Source: Antedon mediterranea (lineage: Eukaryota > Animalia > Echinodermata). Taken from it: 64,000 nucleotides of DNA. The position numbers and the translations under genes are program-made. The stretch is from assembly GCF_964355755.1 (NCBI RefSeq), contig NC_092672.1, positions 14,198,001-14,262,000 of the forward strand, given 5' to 3'. The notes under the pieces were generated by a model that saw only the letters and a list, made by a program, of their open reading frames with translations, was not told where the DNA came from and searched no databases. Below are positions 57,701 through 64,000 of this stretch, piece by piece (position 1 is the first letter of the stretch; the number at the start of each line of letters is the position of its first letter).

Positions 57701-60700
57701 ACACATTTGAATTAAGTTGTCATAAGCGCACCTTTAGGAAAGCAGTTGACTATACTCCATACCTGGATGACCGGTAAGCAGTTTCCAATCTCCAACTCTT
57801 ATTGCAGCTGTCATGTTCACATTAAACACACTTTTGTCTTTTTCTTCAAATGCATCAATGTTATGCAACAGCTCTTTGCGTGGTGATGGTTTATTTTCAC
57901 TGAAAAAATGTAAGAATGTTAACCAACTGTAGAACAAGCATTATGTAATTAAGGTTTTATCTAGAGTGTTATCTTATCATTAGGATATGTTTAGGCTAAA
58001 ACACCTAATGTTTACAATGGAACCTTCTGCACATTTCAACAAACAGCAACAAAAAAAACAATCTCTCAGCAAAGGCAATTTTGAACAAATGTGAAAACTT
58101 AGGCCTATGCTAATGGCTTTGTACAGTAATTAAACAGAGACTTTTCAATTTCAGTGAACATGCACAAATTAAATTTTTGTGGTGTTATAACATCATATGT
58201 CCACTTTTACTCAGTCAGAGAGCAAATTGCAAAATGCAGATGAACAAGTTCTCAAGTCTGCACATATCATAAAATGAATTCATAAAAGTTGACATAGTGG
58301 ACTTGGGTGCAAATCTTTTTTTGTGTTTAAATGCAGATCTCATAAACCGAAAAAGCAAGTAAACATAGTTTATCTTCATTGTTAAAAAATATGCCTATCT
58401 TGCACTTTAAAGCTGGCAGTACAGATTACAGTACTTAATCTTACAGTTCATAGATAGTAAATATGAAAGCACATGAAACCTAATACTTTATGTATTTCTT
58501 GCACATTTTTTAGCAGCATTCTATTTCCTAATATTAATCAACATTGAAAGCAACATTTAAACTACATATTGGTGTTCTCAACAACACAATTATATTCAAT
58601 TGTAAATACAGTGTTAACTCTTCAATTAAAGGTTTTAGCATAATAGTAGTATTACTGATTCCCATTGTTTAAAAATATTCAGTACATTAAATTTAAATGT
58701 TACAGTTTAACCTTTTAGATTAATGATTTCCTAGCGTGGGTGTTCTTAGAAGTAACTAACTACTATAAAAATAAGTACACTTTGTCACTTGTAAGTTATT
58801 TAACTGAATTAAAAGTATAAGCTATACCTTATAGTTGGCCAAACATTAAAACCATCCAGGGTTAAGTCGCTAATGTTTCCATTGGCAATACCTTGTACAA
58901 GAGTAGGAAACCAATCACTGATGTGCATCAACTCTTTGGTAATCGTGCCTTGTACGTTGAGTGGTAGAAGAGGACTAGAAGTAAAGCCAACAGCTTTCAT
59001 TCCACCTTCCCAATACGATGCCTTCCAACCACGTAGAGGCCAATTATTTCCTCCTTGAAGAACCTGTCCGCCATTGTCTTATAAAGAAACAAAAAATTTA
59101 TTTTCTTTTTCATGATTTTTCAAAAAAGAACTATTGGCAACTGACTATTGTAACTCACTGAGACACATTGTATGTATGATGGTTAGGGTCTTGTTTCCAG
59201 CACCACTGTTTACCAACATACCAAACCTTTTTAGGATTGTTTTAAATAATTACAATCCGAATATGATGACACTTCTTGATATTAATTGTGTTGTATTTTT
59301 TAATACCTAGGAGAAAGTTGTTTGATTATACATGTTACCATTATCATTACACACACAAATAAATTCCTCCCCTGAAAAAACTCCTAAAAATTGTCTGAAC
59401 AATAAACACCTTGCGCGTTTATTCAAATGAATACAGTAAATATAATTACCAGTTGAAAATATGAGTATTGTGTTATTCCACACAAGATTATCCTTTAACG
59501 ATTGCACTATCTTGCCTACAGCATCGTCCATACATGTTGTCATGGCAGCATACAGTCTTCTATTCTTATTCTTTATGTGTGAATACATGTTTATATATTT
59601 ATCTGGTGCTTGTAAAGGAGAGTGGACTGATTGCAATGCAAGATATAAAAAAAAAGGCTGCAAGAAAACATCAATGTTAATCGCACAAAAAGATTCACTG
59701 TATTTATTTTCCACTATATGGAATCACAAGTTGAGATTAAAATCAATTCAATACTTCTTTATATTATCTCATAAATATGGTACAGTGATTGTTACACTTT
59801 ATAGAAACTTTAAATTTCTTTACATTTGATTCATGACATTAACAGTATCAAATATGTACTGTATGTCATATAAATGTTGACATGGAAAAGGTGAATGAAC
59901 TGTGAATGAATAAAATGCGATTTTAACAGATCGACATTGACTGGTTACATTATTTTAAAAAAAATGTATACAAAAGTTACAAAATATTGGTTATGTCAGT
60001 TTAAGTATTATTAAGTGTCAATATTAAATTATAATGAGGATCTAATTATCCAAGCATTTCATAAAAACAAACCTCATTTGTATTATGTTTTGTAATAATA
60101 TTCTGTACTTGTTCAGTAAATATGTACGTTGAATAATTGCCTGTGTACTCCCAGGCAGGTCGAAGGTCATCATGTAAGTCATAAGCATACCAATGTTTCA
60201 TAAAAGTACTTGGAAAACCACCATTTCGATAATGTGTCCAATAGTCTTCGCTACCAGTTAGGTAACCTAGAGTACAGTATAATATATCAATTAGTTTTAC
60301 ATTCAGTAGCCGTATATTTTATAAAATATTATAACATCATTGTGGTATTATGATTTACATACACAATATTATTAAATTTCATCATAAAAAATTGTTGGCT
60401 TCACCCATCCTAGGTACATATATATATTGTCCTCCCTGAAAAACTATAGTTATTCACTTTGACCAAAAATTGGATCTAAAGAAAATTATTTACCTAAAAA
60501 AATGTTTATTTAAAAGAAAAATTGTTTTGATAAATTACAACTTTTTTCCGGTAAATACATTTTTCCAGTAAAAAAGTTTTTTTTCCGGAAGTGATTAAAT
60601 TTATTAAAATGGCCTATTCAGAGTATTTTTTTTATCATTCTTCATTTCCCATGTTTTTTGGGGGATTTATGTGACACCTGATCTTGTTAGATTACCATGA

Positions 60701-62080
60701 ATTAGTGTGGTTATTAGATTCAAGTTTTATAAATTAACTACATAACTAAATGAATGACCATACTTAATTATAATCATTTACAGAATATAAATTATATATA
60801 AAAAAAGAAGACAATGTTCAATTCCAGTATTAAGAGGTCCAATGATACCAAAATGTAATAAGTTCAGTAATACAGGCAGAGGTAATCATATTTAGCCATG
60901 TTTACATCATAATTATAGCTATTGTTAACAATTTATAGATCACAAATTTGATTTTTCTATATTATTATAAAAAACTATATATCATATTGCTGTTATTGCA
61001 CTTACCAAAAAATGAATCAAATCCCCTGCTAGTGGGAAGGCATTCTTTCTTATAAAAACCTATATGCCATTTACCAACTGCGTGAGTTGCATATCCATTA
61101 TCTTTTAATCTTTGAGGTAATGTTGTCATAGAAACAGGAAGGCAATTTGGTTGAGTTGGCCATATAATCGAATGTTGTAAGCCAGTATAAATCTAGATGA
61201 AAGAAAATGTTACAAAATTACATTTGTACATATAAAAACCATGTGTAAGGAGAGAAAATCTGATTTGAATAGTTTTACTTCAAAAAGAAGCTCATGAGCT
61301 TCGCTTTTTAGGAATCTTTTGTGGGTTTCTTTTTCAGATGGGGTTATTTTCAAGATTACTTTTGGAAACTAAAGAGGGGCCTTCTTTTCGAAATGAATGC
61401 TGTTCATTTTGTGAATTTGATACTACAATATAGTTTTGAGATATTTCCTTCCAATTTTACATATTTGCCAACAAAGCAGACAAGAATAACCTGTAAAATG
61501 AATATATGATCAAGGCTTGATTCTTTAGTGTTGTATTTCAACTTTCCGCCTTTTGTTTGAGTTAGAAACGATCAACTTAGTTCTAACTCAGTTCCACAAT
61601 AAATATCCTGCAGAAATGGGCCTGCATAATCAGTTTGATTTATGTATATGTCATGCAAATAAAAATTAGTTGATATTTTAATTTTTATTATCCTTGACTA
61701 ATAGAAGTATAAAAAATAGAAACAAAAAAATGTCAAAGCCATTGTGCGTGCAGTAAAAATGTAGTTAAAATTAATATCCTACACACTTGATTCCATTTTT
61801 AAATTAATTTATTCGTACAGACCTGGTAGCGACCACTCAACAATTGGCTTCTGGTGGGTGTACAGATAGGCTGAACATAGTAGTTCTCAAATCTGACACC
61901 CGATTTGGCTAAACGGTCCAAATTCGGTGTTTGTATTTCAGAGCCATGATACCCAATATCATTATAACCATAATCATCTGCAAGAATAAATATAATATTT
62001 GGCGTTGTACTTGCGTTAACTGATACTAAAATAAACATACAAATGAATACAAAACACGAAACCGGCGATAAAGGTGCCAT
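54712..62080 (-). CDS. ARSB: Arylsulfatase B-like sulfatase (ARSB/ARSI/ARSJ family), ~501 aa, with signal peptide
   Basis: Seven in-frame exons: 62080-61823, 61192-61006, 60266-60073, 59657-59450, 59077-58828, 57899-57763, 54983-54712. Motifs: [12 protein letters not shown], FGly signature [34 protein letters not shown]...[25 protein letters not shown]. Confidence 0.92.
55818..56990. repeat. ~46-bp tandem repeat interrupted by a hAT-like element
   Basis: TGTTTGTCAATAAAGGTTACATAAATGGTTACCAATTAAAACGGT units lie on both sides of 55876-56811. Confidence 0.75.
55876..56811. mobile_element. hAT-like non-autonomous element with 5-bp TSD
   Basis: TIR CAGTGGCGGAT(G/C)TAGG, flanked by AAGGT on both sides, with GCCACCCCGC subterminal motifs. 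Confidence 0.8.
57337..57733. mobile_element. Harbinger-like MITE
   Basis: TIR AGGTGCACTTATGTCAAC / GTTGTCATAAGCGCACCT, TAA/TTA flanks and internal GCTTATGT repeats. Confidence 0.7.
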
Positions 62081-62767
62081 TATACCAGAAACTGCCGAGT
62101 TACTCTCTTATTGGTTGATTCGATTTTGGTGGAGGTAAAACTATAATTATTTTAATTCAGTATTTAACAGCATAAAAATGATCTAACTGATTCGTACTAC
62201 ATTCAATAACAATGACATAATTAACGTTGAAATAGATAAAATGGTAAATGGTAAATTGCCATTGGACATTTCTACAGTTCAGTAAATAAGGTATCACCCC
62301 TTTTGAAAAGTACTATATTCCAATTCATAAACAAGCACACTGCTGTAATTTAAGCTCAAGAGAGTCATTTATCTGCATTATACAATATTTATACCTTGTC
62401 CATTGTTGAACTATTCTGTACAAGAGTAAACTGACATACCGTAGATCCAGAGGAACCATTCGGGATACCTGAATATAACCCTTTGAGGAAGGTAAGAATG
62501 TTCCAATCATCGATGACAACGAGATAATGAAATGCATGCTTTTCTTCCACATTATAGTAGGGAAGAAATGCATGTTGTATACAGCATAATAATTGATCAA
62601 ATGAGCTTATTTGTAATTTGTAGTTAGCCCTTTTAATATTTTTTTACAGCAGCGCCAATAAATGCTTAGTCTGTCTTTAAATACGAACATGATTGATTAA
62701 GAACCGTAAATAAGATGTTGTTTAATGATGATGGTAGTCAACATGGGAGAAATAACCACAGATGATC

Positions 62768-62790
62768 CATGGAGGTATAATACCTCCATG
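62768..62790. mobile_element. 23-bp CATG..CATG hairpin with 7-bp direct repeats (P-like footprint)
   Basis: GATGATC-[CATGGAGGTATAATACCTCCATG]-GATGATC. Confidence 0.55.
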
Positions 62791-63397
62791 GATGATCCAA
62801 CACTAGTTTCCTGTCACATACATACACCTGACTACAGACACATCTAGTGAGCAGACAGGTCTCCCATAACAGACACTATTTCGTCTTCCTATTTAAAGAT
62901 GCATCCTCTACATCTACGTTTATTTTAAGGTCACAAACTTTACAATGCCGTAGCCATGACAATAAAAATGGTGCGGTTGTCGCGACCATGGTTTTGTCAA
63001 TGCTTTTGCCAAAAAGTGGTTTAGATTGAAACCCATTTTGTATTAACAGGTTCTGCCAAAAAAAGACTATTACTTTATCATAACTATTATATTAAAGTTA
63101 ATTAAACATATGTTTGCAAATTACCCAGTCCTACTAAACAGCAATTGTTAAATTGTTAATTAATTATGAAAACCCAACTTTTATAGCAAAAATCAACTAA
63201 ACGAGAGTATCTATGGCATGCCCATAGTGGCTTTAATTGGAGAACTCATTGTTCACCTATTAAAGGCAATATGGGCGTGCCAGAGATACTCTCATTTGGA
63301 TTCAGATGATCTACTCTTGTTTGGTAGATACAGTATTTGCAACATTCTGAGTCTCGTTTGGTCTTTTTTCCGTTTGGTGTTTAGTAAGACCCCAAAT

Positions 63398-63771
63398 TAC
63401 CACAATAGGACTGTATGTGTGAACGTTGCTATACTGTCATGTACCAAGGACTGTATGTGTGAATGTTGCTCTACTGTCATGTACCAAGGACTGCATGTGT
63501 GAACGTTGCTATACTGTCATGTACCAAGGACTGTATGTGTGAATGTTGCTATACTGTCATGTACCAAGGACTGTATGTGTGAATGTTGCTATACTGTCAT
63601 GTACCAAGGACTGTATGTGTGAATGTTGCTATACTGTCATGTACCACAATAGGACTGTATGTGTGAATGTTGCTATACTGTCATGTACCAAGGACTGTAT
63701 GTGTGAACGTTGCTATACTGTCATGTACCAAGGACTGTATGTGTGAATGTTGCTATACTGTCATGTACCAA
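63398..63771. repeat. 40-bp minisatellite GGACTGTATGTGTGAA(C/T)GTTGCTATACTGTCATGTACCAA
   Basis: About 9 tandem copies. Confidence 0.95.
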
Positions 63772-63959
63772 ACATTAACAGGAGAAAAATGTTGGTTTCT
63801 CACATTAGTCTGCTGGTAAAAAGATAGAGAATAATGATGAAAATCAAATTTGCATTGAATTTTGCAGAATACATCAATTGATCATGCATTGAATTGATCT
63901 TTCAATCACTGTTAACTTTCTTTACCCTGGATGTTTAATTAATTCTATTGAGTCGTCAG

Positions 63960-64000
63960 TATTTCATTCATTCATTCATTCTGCTTTTATTCAATATTTC
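63960..64000 (-). mobile_element. 3' tail of a LINE running off the window edge
   Basis: Minus strand AATAAAA..(GAAT)n, the same tail type as the element ending at 2934. Confidence 0.4.

Overview
AT-rich, intron-containing eukaryotic (invertebrate animal) DNA; an echinoderm or other deuterostome origin is an inference from gene content and repeat types. It is not prokaryotic and has no CRISPR array. I reconstructed five spliced genes by hand from GT-AG junctions and reading phase: a C1orf50/DUF2452 homolog (+, 5' end unresolved), an unrecognised 7-exon gene of about 724 aa (-), cyclin L (+, 10 exons), GMP synthase (+, 15 coding exons) and an arylsulfatase B-like gene (-, 7 exons). Introns and spacers are crowded with non-autonomous DNA transposons, several of them nested (Academ-, Harbinger-, MULE-, hAT-, Merlin- and ISL2EU-like), plus LINE/SINE fragments and minisatellites. 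The most interesting observations are: (1) the orphan protein pairs PP1-docking SILK and RVxF motifs with a basic, poly-Cys membrane-anchor-like tail and a duplicated exon; (2) a candidate poison micro-exon with tandem donors in cyclin L intron 5; (3) 22-38 bp CA..TG hairpins flanked by direct repeats, resembling P-element excision footprints, near gene 5' ends; (4) minimal hammerhead ribozyme motifs; (5) two MITEs with shared termini and near-identical 8-bp target sites. All superfamily and function assignments are pattern-based and were not checked by any search.
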